DNA of 37,103 bases from Octopus bimaculoides (taxonomy: Eukaryota): NCBI RefSeq assembly GCF_001194135.2, contig NC_068987.1, forward strand, positions 1,705,456 to 1,742,558. The letters are read 5' to 3'. Positions within the stretch are counted from its first letter, which is position 1, and every line of letters starts with the position of its first letter. A program made the position numbers and the translations under genes. Below, one piece after another: positions 11,635 to 25,382 of this stretch. Under the pieces are notes generated by a model that was not told where the DNA came from, ran no database searches, and saw nothing but the letters and a program-made list of their open reading frames with translations.

Positions 11635-12842
11635 CAAGTACACACGGAAGATTCTGTAACGTTTATTTTGTTAAAAAAAAAAAAAAGCTAAAATTCTCCC
11701 TCAAATCACCCAATAATTTCTGGCAATGAAAAGCAGAGAGCCGTAAAGTCGAAATGGAGTACTAATATAAATCTTTCTCTCTCAACACTTCTCTCTCTGT
11801 TTCCCCTGTCTCAGTCTCTCTCTTTCTTTCTCTCGCCCCCTCTCTCTCGCCCCCTCTCTCTACCTTCCTCTTACACTCTCTGTCACCTGGAATTGAGGAA
11901 TACAGATATTTAAAGAATGAAAAACAAGAATGAATGGAGATTGACAAGAAGAGCGATGATAATGATGGCAGTAGCACGTTTGTATTATGTCAAAATCTTT
12001 GTTTGTCTGTCTCTTGCAGTCTGTTTTTAATGTGACTGTTTTGTTTCTCATTATCTCACACATTTTACTAACTCTGTCCATCTGTCATAGTGAAAAATTT
12101 AAAGACATAGAATGTGAGACACGCACGAAGAAGGCATGGCTAGAAATAAGAGAAATAGCGTTCCCTTCATTTCTATCACCCCCCCATAACATAAGCATTC
12201 TAGTAATATTACCATAGATGAAAAAAAGAAAAAGAAAAAGAAACTAGATCAACGGAGATAACGCATTACTGTTGCAGAGATATGCAAGTTTCTCTGCATC
12301 ACTTTAAGCAGGCGAGGTTGGAAAAGATCATGATTTCTATCTACAGCAACATTATATAACTTACTACTGAAATACGTTAATCGAATATTGTTATCTAAAT
12401 TCTTTAATATTATGTATGGAACGGGGCCCCAAGTGCCAGTTATTATTACATCTGTCTACATCTATTAAAATAGGTATAATTATCGTTACTCTATTCAGTA
12501 GGTCATACACAAACAATAGAACACTTCGTTATAGACAACTTTTTGAAGAATGTAAAAACTTCAAAGATTTAAATCTGTAGGAGTATCGAATGGATTTTGC
12601 CCCCAGAAACTCCTTTCTTGTATACTTCAATAAACACATTGATGATTTTCCTAACTACTTCAATAGCTTGCTCGGATTTACACCAATTCTTAAATTAATA
12701 ATTTATATTTATCAGTTAATTAATGAACTGTTAAAAGTATTAATTAGACGTTGTTTTAGATGTTCTAACAAATACAATGGGGTGTTTTAATATGTTAGCT
12801 TGTATTTAGCTATGTACGTGTGCCAATCTGTGTATATATATG

Positions 12843-12929
<87 letters not shown>

Positions 12930-12965
12930 CTATATATATATATGTGAGATCATATGTTTCAGTGC

Positions 12966-13001
<36 letters not shown>

Positions 13002-14180
13002 TTTGTGTGTGTGTGTGTTTGTGTATGTGCGTGTTCTAAGTTATAAGGATTCAATAGGAACTAGGCACATCATCCCGCAGAACGCCAGAAATGGCTCGGT
13101 ACAGTGAAATTCTAGCTCCATTCGGCATTCATTGGGTAATGCTGCATTAACGGAGTACGATACGTTTCTCTGGAGCAGGGGAAAAGAACCCAGAAATTGC
13201 TTAAGAGTATCAAAACTATTTTTAGTCAGATGGAACGCAGCGACATTGGAGGATGATCAGCAACGAACAGATGGAAGCAAATCGTCTTCTGTCCTTCTGT
13301 GTGTGCATCTGTGTGCGCATGCCTGTGTATTTGTGTATGCATGTGACGTACACAAATGTATGTGTGTGTGCGTGTGTTCCTGCCTACGTACGCATGTATA
13401 TCTTTGTGTAATTTGTATATAAACAGGTACATCATAAGAGGCTTCTCATTCGAGTGTGTGTGTATACTTACCTACACAGGTAGTCACACACACACACGCT
13501 CATATATATATATATTATATAGTGTATATATTACGTATGCATACACACACATACATACGTACATGCACACGCACACACGCACACACGCACACACACACAC
13601 ACACACACACGTACACACACACATGTACTCCTCCACATATCTATTTACTGCCAATAATCATTTCTGTTTCTCTCCTCGTATTCTCCTCTCATTTCTCTCT
13701 AATAAACATCTTTTTTTTTCCTCATCTTTTCTTCCATCACACTTTTTTTTTACTCGTATTTCCGCCGATATTTTGTTCTGTATATTTTTTTTCTTCTATA
13801 TTATTCCACATATTTAGAATTGTTTTTTTAATTCATTTGGGTTAAGATTTTTCTTCGTTATTTTCTCCATTTTTATATACTTACATTGATTTATCTCCCT
13901 TGATTACTCTCCCTTCACTTTTTACCGTTATCAGCTTCTACACACATTCAACCTTCTCACTTTCTCTCTCTCTTTGTGCTTGTATCGCTCTCTCTTTTCT
14001 GTTTCTCTCTCTCTCTCTCTCTCTCCCTCTTTCTCACTCTGTTTGCCATCACTGTTTCTTTCTCTCCCGAACTCTTTCTTTCACTCTTCCCTCGAGTTTC
14101 TCTCTCTCTCTCCATCATTCTCTCTCACACATACCTTCTCATCCTCCTCTTATATTCCATGATCTTCTCCTCTCACCAAA

Positions 14181-14229
<49 letters not shown>

Positions 14230-14890
14230 CCCTTGTCCCTACCACCTATTCCTCTATAATACCTCTCACTCTATCTCCCATTACCCCTCTCTTTCTCCCC
14301 TTCTACACTCAATCACTCCACTTTAAAATTATTTTACATCATCAGATATAAATTTACCTTCACATATCTTCTTTTACAATTTACTAAATCGTTTTTTACC
14401 TCTCCCTCTCTCTTGTCTTCTCGATTTCCATTATCACATTCTTAATCTCATTCTTAAATGGTTATTTCGTTTCACTTCCAACCCAACTTATTTCCCGTAC
14501 AGTTTTATACTGGCTCCAAATCACATATTTTCCTTCAAATTCTATATTCTCCTCTACGTCTACCCTATATCTATCTACATCACTTTATTACCTTACAACA
14601 TTTTTAGCTTTTTCTTCAATTTTTCGCTAAGGATTTTATTGCTTGTCTTTGGAAAAAATTTTTGCCTTCTCCTCTTTCCTCTTCTTTCTTGCTTTTCATT
14701 GTTTTGTAGAAATGTATTGTTCCTATTTCTCCCCCGCCTGTCTCCTCTCTCTCTCTCTCTCNNNNNNNNNNNNNNNNNNNNNNNNNNNNNNNNNNNNNNC
14801 TCTCTCATTTCAGTTTTCTTTCATTTTCTGAACAAACATATGTACAGATATGCGTGCGTAAATGATACAAGCATTTAAACACGTACACAG

Positions 14891-14938
<48 letters not shown>

Positions 14939-15583
14939 TTGTGTGCGAGTGTGCGTATGTGTGTATGTATGTCTATCTGAGTGTCTTCGAGTGTACAAAC
15001 GGAGCAAAGATACTCGATATACATAGCAGAGTATTGTTTCAAATATATTGATACAATTCACATATACTTTGGCTATGCGTAGCCATCACATTACATCTGT
15101 CTGTGTTACAAATACACACACATACACAAACACGGACGCACAAATGCACACACACACACAAACTCATATATACTCCCTCACAGAAACGTACATAAACACA
15201 TACACTCGCAGATCTATATATAAAAGTGATCTGTTTAAAGATGTATGAATATCCATCAATACTCAACCGACCATCTCCTTGTATCTTCTTACTCATACGC
15301 ACACACATACACATACATACATACATGCATACATACATACATACACAAATACACACGCACGCATACAGACAAAATCTCATTTCCAAAAAGACGAACCGAA
15401 ATGCTCCATACGACATCCATATATATATATATAATACACGCATATAAAGATATGTATGTATNNNNNNNNNNNNNNNNNNNNNNNNNNNNNNNNNNNNNNN
15501 NNNNNNNNNNNNNNNNNNNNNNNNNNNNNNNNNNNNNNNNNNNNNNNNNNNNNNNNNNNNNNNNNNNNNNNNNNNNNNNNNNN

Positions 15584-15628
<45 letters not shown>

Positions 15629-15946
15629 CATTTATGAAACTTTACTTTTATGTGTTTCCTGTAAAACATGGAATGTTTCACTTTCATAAAACCTGATCGC
15701 CCATGCTTCTTTTTCCTATAAATGTATTCCAAACACCTTTAATCCATTCCTGAGAATAAAAACATTGTATTTCTATATCTTGTATGTCTCACAGATTACT
15801 TCGATTCTTATATTGCATGCCAACATCGTCCTACTGTTTTCAAATGCAATATTGCCCCGATTCATTGTTCCTACTCTCACACTTTCTAACACGATATCTT
15901 CCCCCTTTTAAGAATCTCTCCCTTTCTCTCTTTATCTCTCTCCCTC

Positions 15947-15983
<37 letters not shown>

Positions 15984-16778
15984 CTTTTCCATGAAGACGG
16001 GTTGACATTTTCGGCCTGCTAGCCTTTAAATAAGCACACACACACACTGACNNNNNNNNNNNNNNNNNNNNNNNNNNNNNNNNNNNNNNNNNNNNNNNNN
16101 NNNNNNNNNNNNNNNNNNNNNNNNNNNNNNNNNNNNNNNNNNNNNNNNNNNNNNNNNNNNNNNNNNNNNNNNNNNNNNNNNNNNNNNNNNNNNNNNNNNN
16201 NNNNNNNNNNNNNNNNNNNNNNNNNNNNNNNNNNNNNNNNNNNNNNNNNNNNNNNNNNNNNNNNNNNNNNNNNNNNNNNNNNNNNNNNNNNNNNNNNNNN
16301 NNNNNNNNNNNNNNNNNNNNNNNNNNNNNNNNNNNNNNNNNNNNNNNNNNNNNNNNNNNNNNNNNNNNNNNNNNNNNNNNNNNNNNNNNNNNNNNNNNNN
16401 NNNNNNNNNNNNNNNNNNNNNNNNNNNNNNNNNNNNNNNNNNNNNNNNNNNNNNNNNNNNNNNNNNNNNNNNNNNNNNNNNNNNNNNNNNNNNNNNNNNN
16501 NNNNNNNNNNNNNNNNNNNNNNNNNNNNNNNNNNNNNNNNNNNNNNNNNNNNNNNNNNNNNNNNNNNNNNNNNNNNNNNNNNNNNNNNNNNNNNNNNNNN
16601 NNNNNNNNNNNNNNNNNNNNNNNNNNNNNNNNNNNNNNNNNNNNNNNNNNNNNNNNNNNNNNNNNNNNNNNNNNNNNNNNNNNNNNNNNNNNNNNNNNNN
16701 NNNNNNNNNNNNNNNNNNNNNNNNNNNNNNNNNNNNNNNNNNNNNNNNNNNNNNNNNNNNNNNNNNNNNNNNNNNNNN

Positions 16779-16827
<49 letters not shown>

Positions 16828-18382
16828 GTGAGATTGAGATAGAGAGAGAGTGACAGAGAGAGAGAACGAAAGAGAAAACAAAGAGAGTTACAGAGAGACA
16901 ACTGTGTACCGTATTTAATGGAATACACTGCGGAAAGTACATTTAATGCGGTATTGGAGCGTGATAATATCTGTTATGGAAGTGGTATGATTAGAAACAC
17001 AATATATATCTTAGTCAGACTAAAGTTGTGCTTGCAGTAGCTGATGAGAATGTTAGATGCGCATTTCAGCTTCATTGGGCGTTGTCAGTTGTACATTCAC
17101 ACGGCTAGCCATGGGTATAGGAAAACTGTAAGTGACCTTTCAGCGATGTTGCTAATAGCCACGCAGCTGAATGAAAACTCTTTATATGCTGCAGAAGCGG
17201 TATTAGATTATAATAACCAGCTATTTATCATACTTAATGTAGATTTATCACAGAAAAATAAATTTACTGCGGTATACATCCATGGTTACTATCTTTTATG
17301 AACGCACTGTCTTATGAGTTATGGATAGATCTGTCGTATATGTTACCATATCATGGCGTGGGATTTGAATTTAATCAATATTGAGCACTCTGCTAAAGGC
17401 TCACACGGAAAAATATTCCCTTCACATCTACATGTGTGTATATTTATGCCTACATGTATATATACATACGTATGTATGTGAGTGTATGTGTGTGCGTACA
17501 TGTGTATGCGTTTATGCCTGTATACATGTAAGAATATACACACATACATATACAGAAAGACACAGTCACGCACACATGTACACGCACACACGTGCACAAA
17601 CACGCACACACGCACACACACACACACACGCGCGCACACACACGCACGTATACATCAAGGGAGACGGACAAACGGAGTGACAAATGTGGGTGGGTGGATG
17701 TTCGTATTACACGCTCCCTCTTGAAATAACGTTACCATTCTTTCTGTTTCGCTCTCCCTCCCTCCCTCTCTCTGTGTCCCTTTTAACGTCCCTCACTCAT
17801 CCTTCTCCTCACGAATATCGCACCAACTTCTGAAGTCTTTAATCCACTGCAAAATCAATTCAATCTTATTTAATCTTCCTTAGATAGCAAACTCATTCAC
17901 TCATTCTCTCTGACTTGCTTCCGGCGCGAAACCGTACATGCGCACAACGACATACACAGCAGCATACCCCCCCCACACACACACACGTACGACATCAATG
18001 AATCTCGACGTCAATATAATTATACAAACACATACATACACAACGATGCACATAGATAGCCACACATGCAGGCCAGCATACTTCCACATACACAAGCATA
18101 CACACATGCACATAAAGACATACATATATATATACACATACCGTTATGTTTTTATACAAGTTCATACACATACTCCCACATACATACACACCTGCATGCA
18201 TATATCTACACACAGATATGTATATACTCACTTATATGCATTCATACACACACACATACACACACACACATACACACACACACATATATATATGTATAGC
18301 ATCGTACGAGCTTATATATTCACATACACACGTGCATAGCTACAACTCTACGTATATTGCTAGTCACGTATTGATTTCATTT

Positions 18383-18434
18383 GCTGGGGATCGATCCTAG
18401 ACCACCTGGTTTCGAAGCGAGCTGCGTAACCACT
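18383..18434 (-). mobile_element. Short degenerate tRNA-like SINE head remnant
   Basis: Minus strand AGTGGTTACGCAGCTCGCTTCGAAACCAGGTGGTCTAGGATCGATCCCC resembles the type A head at 3860-3890 (AGCTTGTTTCGAAACCACATGGTT). Confidence 0.35.
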
Positions 18435-19842
18435 TGCAAGAATCTATCACTTAAATATTCTTGGTTATTGATATTTCTGCGTTATGTTGTAAATTTGCTT
18501 CTTAGTGCAAGACTGCTTTTCTACGGGGTTTCAGGATTTCATAGCATTTTCGACTGAAAAGCAATTAATTAGTATTTAGCTATCTATGTATCATACTTAA
18601 TATATGCACACAGAGATGTTAGGCCCATTACTGCGGTGCTTGTCTTGTAGTAATATCTCTTAAGGACGTACTGTATCAAAAGCACAATAATTACCAGTGA
18701 AGGACAACAGTTTATTCTAGCAGCGACCAGCGAGAGCACAAGATGTATTTCGCTATTTGGGGCTTTTGCAATAACATATACTTGCAGCCAGCCACACGCG
18801 TGGATGAGAATTCGCTGTCTTCGATATAAGAAAAAGCGAATAAAACCATCACTGATGTTGCGAATAGCCGCCCAGCTCATTAAAATCCGGTATATGCAAT
18901 TCGAACATCATCTAATCAAATTATCATACTTAAGGCAAACACATTGCCAATATTCCAATTACTGTAGTATTTGTGCTGAGATAACATTTCCGATAGACAT
19001 CTTGTGTCGAAAACGTGATAAATACTGCCTCAGTTCACAAATTTTGTTTTGTTTTAACTGAAGATTGTCGTGGGTGAAATTTTGTTACACTGGGTGGGCG
19101 AATTATGAAAATGCAGAAAATTATGCCCACAGATCGCAATATGCAATGAGACTTCGTTACGTTCGGCCTACCCTACATTTATATACGTAGGCGAGAATCC
19201 CATCCTGTATTATCAGAGACTAATTCTAAAATTTGAAGAATTTTGTCTTCCAACAGCCGTCACCATTTACTTGTTGTTAGAGATTGTGAGAAAAATAAAA
19301 GCGAGACAGTGTTTTTATATTATTTGCTATAAGCAAATATATATATTTTTTTCTATTTAACTATGTTGAGATTTCTTGTTACGTGATTTACAAATATATT
19401 AAATGTACGGTGTGAATATACAATCGATTATCCATCCATCCATTCACACATCATCCAGATATATAGTGAGATGCGTAACCAAAGTTTGGACAAATATAGA
19501 TAAGTGGCAACAAGGAATGGAAGCGATTTTATTCACATTCTATACTATAAAAGTGGTTTCTCTTTAAAACGATGTGTTTTACACGTTGTTTACTATTCAG
19601 CAAAAAGAAAAAAAAACAACATGTCACAAACATTCACTGCTGTTTTTTCTTTTTTTATACAAAATTTCGAATACTTTTCTGTTCCAGCTTCAGTAATTCT
19701 TGCTGAAGATTCTAAAGAAAATGAAACCGATTGTTGGTTGCACATCTCAATAATGCTTTTTCTTATATATACGTACACGCACATGTACACATACACNNNN
19801 NNNNNNCACACACACACATATATATATATATACCATATTATA

Positions 19843-20250
19843 TTAGCTGCTGAGGTTCTGGGCCTTGATGACATACCCAGAATATTGCAGCTTTTCTGGC
19901 TGACAGTTGCTAAACTTCTCTTTCTGTTTCCATTTCGTCAAGTAATGACTCTTTGGTTCAATGGTCAATCCAGTTGATCCTCATTACTCTTCATTAGCAT
20001 GTTGTTTTAAATTCTTTGAATTTTGCCGTATCTTTTGTTCTTAGGGTCCCACTTTCGCATCCACACAGTGCAAACAGAGTAAACTAGTGCCTTCACGAGA
20101 TTCTAACCTCATGTTCTTGTTAAGACTTTTGCCTTTCTAGATTATATCGAATTATTTTGAGGCTGATCTTGCGGCCCAGAGTTGTGCTATTTTTTCTTGG
20201 GCGCATAATCTCCTTATGCTATCGGAGGACTCAGACATATGATCTTGGTG
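19843..20250 (-). mobile_element. Decayed RTE-clade LINE, C-terminal RT/thumb region
   Basis: Across frameshifts the minus strand reads VKALVYSV / LCGCESGTLRTKDTAKFKEFKTTC**RVMRINWIDH*TKESLLDEMETER / LQYSGYVIKAQNLS. This matches the RTE motif order VKALVF.V.LYGCESWTL...I.AFE.WCWRR.LRI.WT...TNE.VL....LQYFGHV. Confidence 0.8.
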
Positions 20251-20279
20251 ACCTTTCCTTAACACACCCCCGACACACG

Positions 20280-20327
<48 letters not shown>

Positions 20328-20664
20328 NNNNNNNNNNCTCACTCACACACACACATAATGTTAGCAATTCTAAAACACAATGGAAACAGCTTCCGTGGAT
20401 CGAATGGAAGATATATGTGCTTTGTGTGTACGAGCTGCTGTGTGTATACCTATATGTATATACCTATACACATGTGTGTGTATATATCTCTGTCTGTGAG
20501 ACATAGAGAAAGTGTGTTTGTGTATAGAGAGAGGGAGCGGGAGTGAGAAAGAGGGAGACCCCGATTTGCTGATCCAACAGAAGGAGACAATTTCCAGTTG
20601 CTTTTCAAATTAGTATTATCACGTGTTTGTCATAAATGCTGACAGAGACGCCATCGTTTTTTTT

Positions 20665-20850
20665 TTCAATTCCGGTTAGATTCGAACGCAGAATGTACTG
20701 AGTCGGACCACACTGAGCACGGCAATCAATTTTTTCCTTTATTAATTCTGATAATCTACTGTCCCAGGTTGGTGATAACATTTTTATCTGCCCCGATAGA
20801 GTGAACGAACAACTTTACCTCGCTAGGATTTGAAACACCGAAGTAATCAT
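20665..20850 (-). mobile_element. Strongly degenerate type B SINE fragments
   Basis: TTTATCTGCCCCGATAGAGTGAACGAACAACTTTACCTCGCTAGGATTTGAA is loosely similar to TTTATTGATCCTGAATGATGAAAGGCAAAGTCGACCACGGTGGAATTTGAA at about 28493-28542. Confidence 0.4.
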
Positions 20851-21368
20851 GTATAACACGGAGAATCGGAGCCAATATCGTTCCGTATAGGATCCGATTC
20901 TATCCTCCACTTTAACAACTGAGCTAATGCACCACCGATACACACACACGCATACATGCATACATACATTCATACACATACATGCATTATACTATATTGT
21001 ATAATATTATAGGCATATTGACAGGTGAAATACGTTTTTTACAAAATAACTGCTAAACGTTCTTGCATTATTATAATTTTTTTTTTTTTGTTAAAAAAGA
21101 TTCTCATTTTAAATTCTTCAAATTTCTAACTGTTTTATTTTATATTTTGTACACTTTTTATTCTATTTTATTTTCTTTCTACCTTTATTGCATTCTCTAT
21201 TTCCCTTACCTGTCTTTTATAGTTTACATGCTTCTTATTTGACAAAAATCTGATCTTTTCACAATGTTCATCATGTTGTTATTTTTGTCTGTAGTGCTGA
21301 TCATTTTGGTTCATGCTACTGTTGTTCTTCTTATTATTATTCTCATTCTTCTTGCGATTATTATTATG

Positions 21369-21401
<33 letters not shown>

Positions 21402-22118
21402 GTTGTCATTAGTGCCGTTGTTGTTGTTTCGAGAGACATGTAATTCTTGCAACGTTGTAAATGTTTTTATATTATGGAAGAAAAGATTCCAATACACACA
21501 TTATGGGGATTGTCGTCTTTTTTCCTTCCACGCCATATCTCTCTCTTCCTCCCTCATATATNNNNNNNNNNNNNNNNNNNNNNNNNNNNNNNNNNNNNNN
21601 NNNNNNNNNNNNNNNNNNNNNNNNNNNNNNNNNNNNNNNNNNNNNNNNNNNNNNNNNNNNNNNNNNNNNNNNNNNNNNNNNNNNNNNNNNNNNNNNNNNN
21701 NNNNNNNNNNNNNNNNNNNNNNNNNNNNNNNNNNNNNNNNNNNNNNNNNNNNNNNNNNNNNNNNNNNNNNNNNNNNNNNNNNNNNNNNNNNNNNNNNNNN
21801 NNNNNNNNNNNNNNNNNNNNNNNNNNNNNNNNNNNNNNNNNNNNNNNNNNNNNNNNNNNNNNNNNNNNNNNNNNNNNNNNNNNNNNNNNNNNNNNNNNNN
21901 NNNNNNNNNNNNNNNNNNNNNNNNNNNNNNNNNNNNNNNNNNNNNNNNNNNNNNNNNNNNNNNNNNNNNNNNNNNNNNNNNNNNNNNNNNNNNNNNNNNN
22001 NNNNNNNNNNNNNNNNNNNNNNNNNNNNNNNNNNNNNNNNNNNNNNNNNNNNNNNNNNNNNNNNNNNNNNNNNNNNNNNNNNNNNNNNNNNNNNNNNNNN
22101 NNNNNNNNNNNNNNNNNN

Positions 22119-22156
<38 letters not shown>

Positions 22157-22835
22157 GTGTGTATATATATATGCATATGTCTTTATATATATACACATAC
22201 ACACACACATTTAATTCTTCATACATACATTCACGTACCTCTTCTGAGTTTTATTTCGTTTTTATTTTTTATTTTGACATTTAACCGTTTAGTCTTGGGT
22301 TTTTTTATTTTTTTATACAGTTTGTGGTTGTTGTTTTGTTAATTCTTCCCAATAGTTCTTTCATCTGCTTCTGTGGTGCCATGCATCACCATCATCGCCA
22401 TTATTATCGCCATCGTCGTTGTCTTCTTTTTCTTCATTGTTCTTTGTTCCTTTTTATTTCCTCCAAATGCGAGAGATTCAAAGTTTTAAATAGATAAAGA
22501 AAAAAACCCCAAAGACAAAGAGATGTACCAAATAGAGTGCAAACAAGCATAAAAGGAATGGAAATAAAGCGAGTATAATATCCTCACAAGAACTGTGGTT
22601 TTGGCGATTTAGCTAAGAACTGCTAAATTCTGACATCTAGTTTGTCTTGGAGACAACAAATTACTGAATGTTTAGTGTTAGCATTCGCTATTTGCAAGAA
22701 CGTTTTAATTTTGTTTTTGGTTTAGTGTTGATGCCAATGTATTCGACAATGATATTTTGTTACTCTTTGTCACTTCAGTTTCAAACTCTCTGCATACACA
22801 CACATATATATATATATACTCACACACGCTCACAC

Positions 22836-23124
22836 GTTAGCATTCCGGCTTTTACGACCACGAGTGTTCTAGTTGACCCGATCTTGAAATTAACATGCAA
22901 GTGGCTGAGCACTCCACAAACGCGCACACCTTTAACGTAGTTCTCAGTGAATCTCAGCGAGACACAGAATGTGACAAGGCTTGCCCCTTTTGAATCGCAG
23001 GTGTGTGGACTGGAGCATCGTAAACTAAAATGTCTTGCTCAAAACACAACGTACTGACAAGATTCGAACTCACGACCTTACGACAGTAAGCCGAATACCC
23101 TAACCAGTAAGCCACGCACCTTCA
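22836..23124 (-). mobile_element. Near full-length tRNA-derived SINE (type D)
   Basis: The minus-strand head TGAAGGTGCGTGGCTTACTGGTTAGGGTATTCGG has an A box, followed by a B box GAGTTCGAATC (23061-23071) and a TTGAGCAAGACA central motif. The 3' boundary comes from my recollection of this octopus repeat. No TSD was found. Confidence 0.7.
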
Positions 23125-24179
23125 TCCCCACCCTACACACACATATTTAAATGCAAAATGACCTTCCATTAACTAAACTCCTAGACAAGTGTATCCCTTA
23201 TCGGATTTAAAGTACAGTCCTGCAATATCAATGTATGGTATAATGTCTGCCACAAACCACTATCCTAAACTAAATCATTAAGACACTTTAAACAAGTTTA
23301 AGATTTCAAGAAGTAGAATCTTAATGAAAGACAAATTAGAGTCACGAGAATGCAAGATACAAAAGGTTTACAGTCAACAACTTACGCAAATAAACCAGTA
23401 CATCAAATGTATATGTCTCATCTTCAGCTGCATACCGAATATCATTATAGTTTTGACACTGGGACAGTACCATTCAAATCGGTGGTATTACTGCGTTAAA
23501 AACCGAAACGCAACTAAGGAGTTGATAGGCCAAAGCAGGGGACAAACATTAGCGTAATAAATATGTGTGAGTGTTGTGTGTGAGTGTGCGTTTGGGATGT
23601 ACGTACCCCTGCGTGTACGCCCGTATGTCAGTGTGTATAGGTATGTATGCATGAATTTACGTAGGTATGACGGTAAGTGTGTATGTATTATGTATGTAAT
23701 CTCTAGGAGTTTCGGGAAATGGTTATAGATCTCTGAAAGCTAATCATGATAGATGAAAGGTTTATCTGACAGTCAAATATGTATGTGTAATATTTTAGGT
23801 CGTAATTTTGGAAGTCTTTGCTTCCTTTTATGCAAAACGTATTTAAGAGATGGAGACGTAGTTCTAGGCTTGTGATTACAGGGCGATAAATTTCTGAGTT
23901 AAGCTACTCTTCAATATTATCTACAAATAGAAAAAAATAAGTTTCCTACTTTCACAAAAAACATGTGAGGTGAATAGAAGAAGTAGGGTTCACAAAGGAT
24001 TCATTCAAGCATATCCTAGGCGATATGGGTCAGTGCATATGAGCTTGTTAGTTATGAAAGTCGATACAAGTATTGTAACAGTAAATGTGGTACACTTTCA
24101 AGTTTACTGGTCGGAACATTGGCATTTTCTTACTGCAGGCACCTGATGATTCTAAAAGAGGTTTCCAAACTTTCAACAG

Positions 24180-24600
24180 AAATATTTTTGCATTGTCGAC
24201 TCCTGCAAAAGGTTTCTGATTTTGTAATCAAATATTTTATTGAAGCTTTGATGTTCAGCCTAATATTCATCTCGGAACATACATATCAATTTCTTGCACG
24301 TTTATGAATGGCTTACTGCGCCTAATGTTTTCCGTTGTATTTCATAGTCGATGTTGCTTTCCATCAGCCACCATATGTATTGAACAAGGCTGTGGTCTGG
24401 TCTCTTGTCGATGTGAGTAAAGGTAATAGTGGAACTGGGGTGTGATTGTTTGAATGTTCCCTCTAACATCCCTATCTGTTGTTTTTATTACCCATTGATC
24501 TGCTTCAGATGGTAGAAGTCAGTTTGGTTTCTTGAAATTGTGCTTCGGTGATGCAGGGCTGGTGTAGGTTTCTGATACCAGATCAGGAGAAAATGAATGT
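24180..24600 (-). mobile_element. Penelope-like element GIY-YIG endonuclease fragment (dead)
   Basis: Minus-strand 24478-24335 reads QIGMLEGTFKQSHPSSTITFTHIDKRPDHSLVQYIWWLMESNIDYEIQ. This matches the PLE pattern YIG.TEG.FK.RY..H..SF.H......T.LS.YIW.LK..NI.Y.I.W. Stops follow downstream. Confidence 0.7.
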
Positions 24601-24643
24601 TGGGATCTGCTGAATCTCCATTCATAATTTCTTTAGTCGCTGA

Positions 24644-24675
<32 letters not shown>

Positions 24676-24917
24676 NNNNNNNNNNNNNNNNNNNNNNNNN
24701 NNNNNNNNNNNNNNNNNNNNNNNNNNNNNNNNNNNNNNNNNNNNNNNNNNNNNNNNNNNNNNNNNNNNNNNNNNNNNNNNNNNNNNNNNNNNNNNNNNNN
24801 NNNNNNNNNNNNNNNNNNNNNNNNNNNNNNNNNNNNNNNNNNNNNNNNNNNNNNNNNNNNNNNNNNNNNNNNNNNNNNNNNNNNNNNNNNNNNNNNNNNN
24901 NNNNNNNNNNNNNNNNN

Positions 24918-24949
<32 letters not shown>

Positions 24950-25349
24950 CCATTTATAGATGTGAATATATGTATGTACGCAAATATTGTATATAGTTGT
25001 TTATCACTCTTGTCTTTCCTAATTGGGTGACCCAATTACGAAGGATTTCCTTCGTTTCATTCTTAACTACTACACTCGAGGTGTTCTAATCTATAAAAGG
25101 TTGGACTTCTAGATAACCTGTTGTGTTTCTACAGACGTTCAAATCTATAATGGTGTGATCTAAACCTAGCACGGCTTGTCGGTGTAAGCATGGAAAACAA
25201 TTTTGGAAGAATAAAATTTTGGAAAAATTAAATGGAAAAGGTTTTTAAAAGAATATTTGCATAGTATTCAAATATAAGGTACAAGGGGCATTTTCCCTGT
25301 TTCTGCTTGTCTCTGTCTCTCTTGTTTACTCTTGTGGGTTCGAGGTCGT

Positions 25350-25382
<33 letters not shown>

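Noticed and set aside
19094-19130. Small inverted repeat GTGGGC...GCCCAC
   Set aside because: The stem is too short and imperfect, with no TSD or second copy.
21279-21497. Asn-rich minus ORF as a possible terminal exon
   Set aside because: It is dominated by (AAT/AAC)n, the acceptor is weak and there is no recognisable domain.
25135-25183. Apparent 49-bp exon bounded by TTTCTACAG and GTAAGC
   Set aside because: All three frames contain stops, and isolated splice-like motifs are expected by chance. A non-coding exon cannot be excluded.
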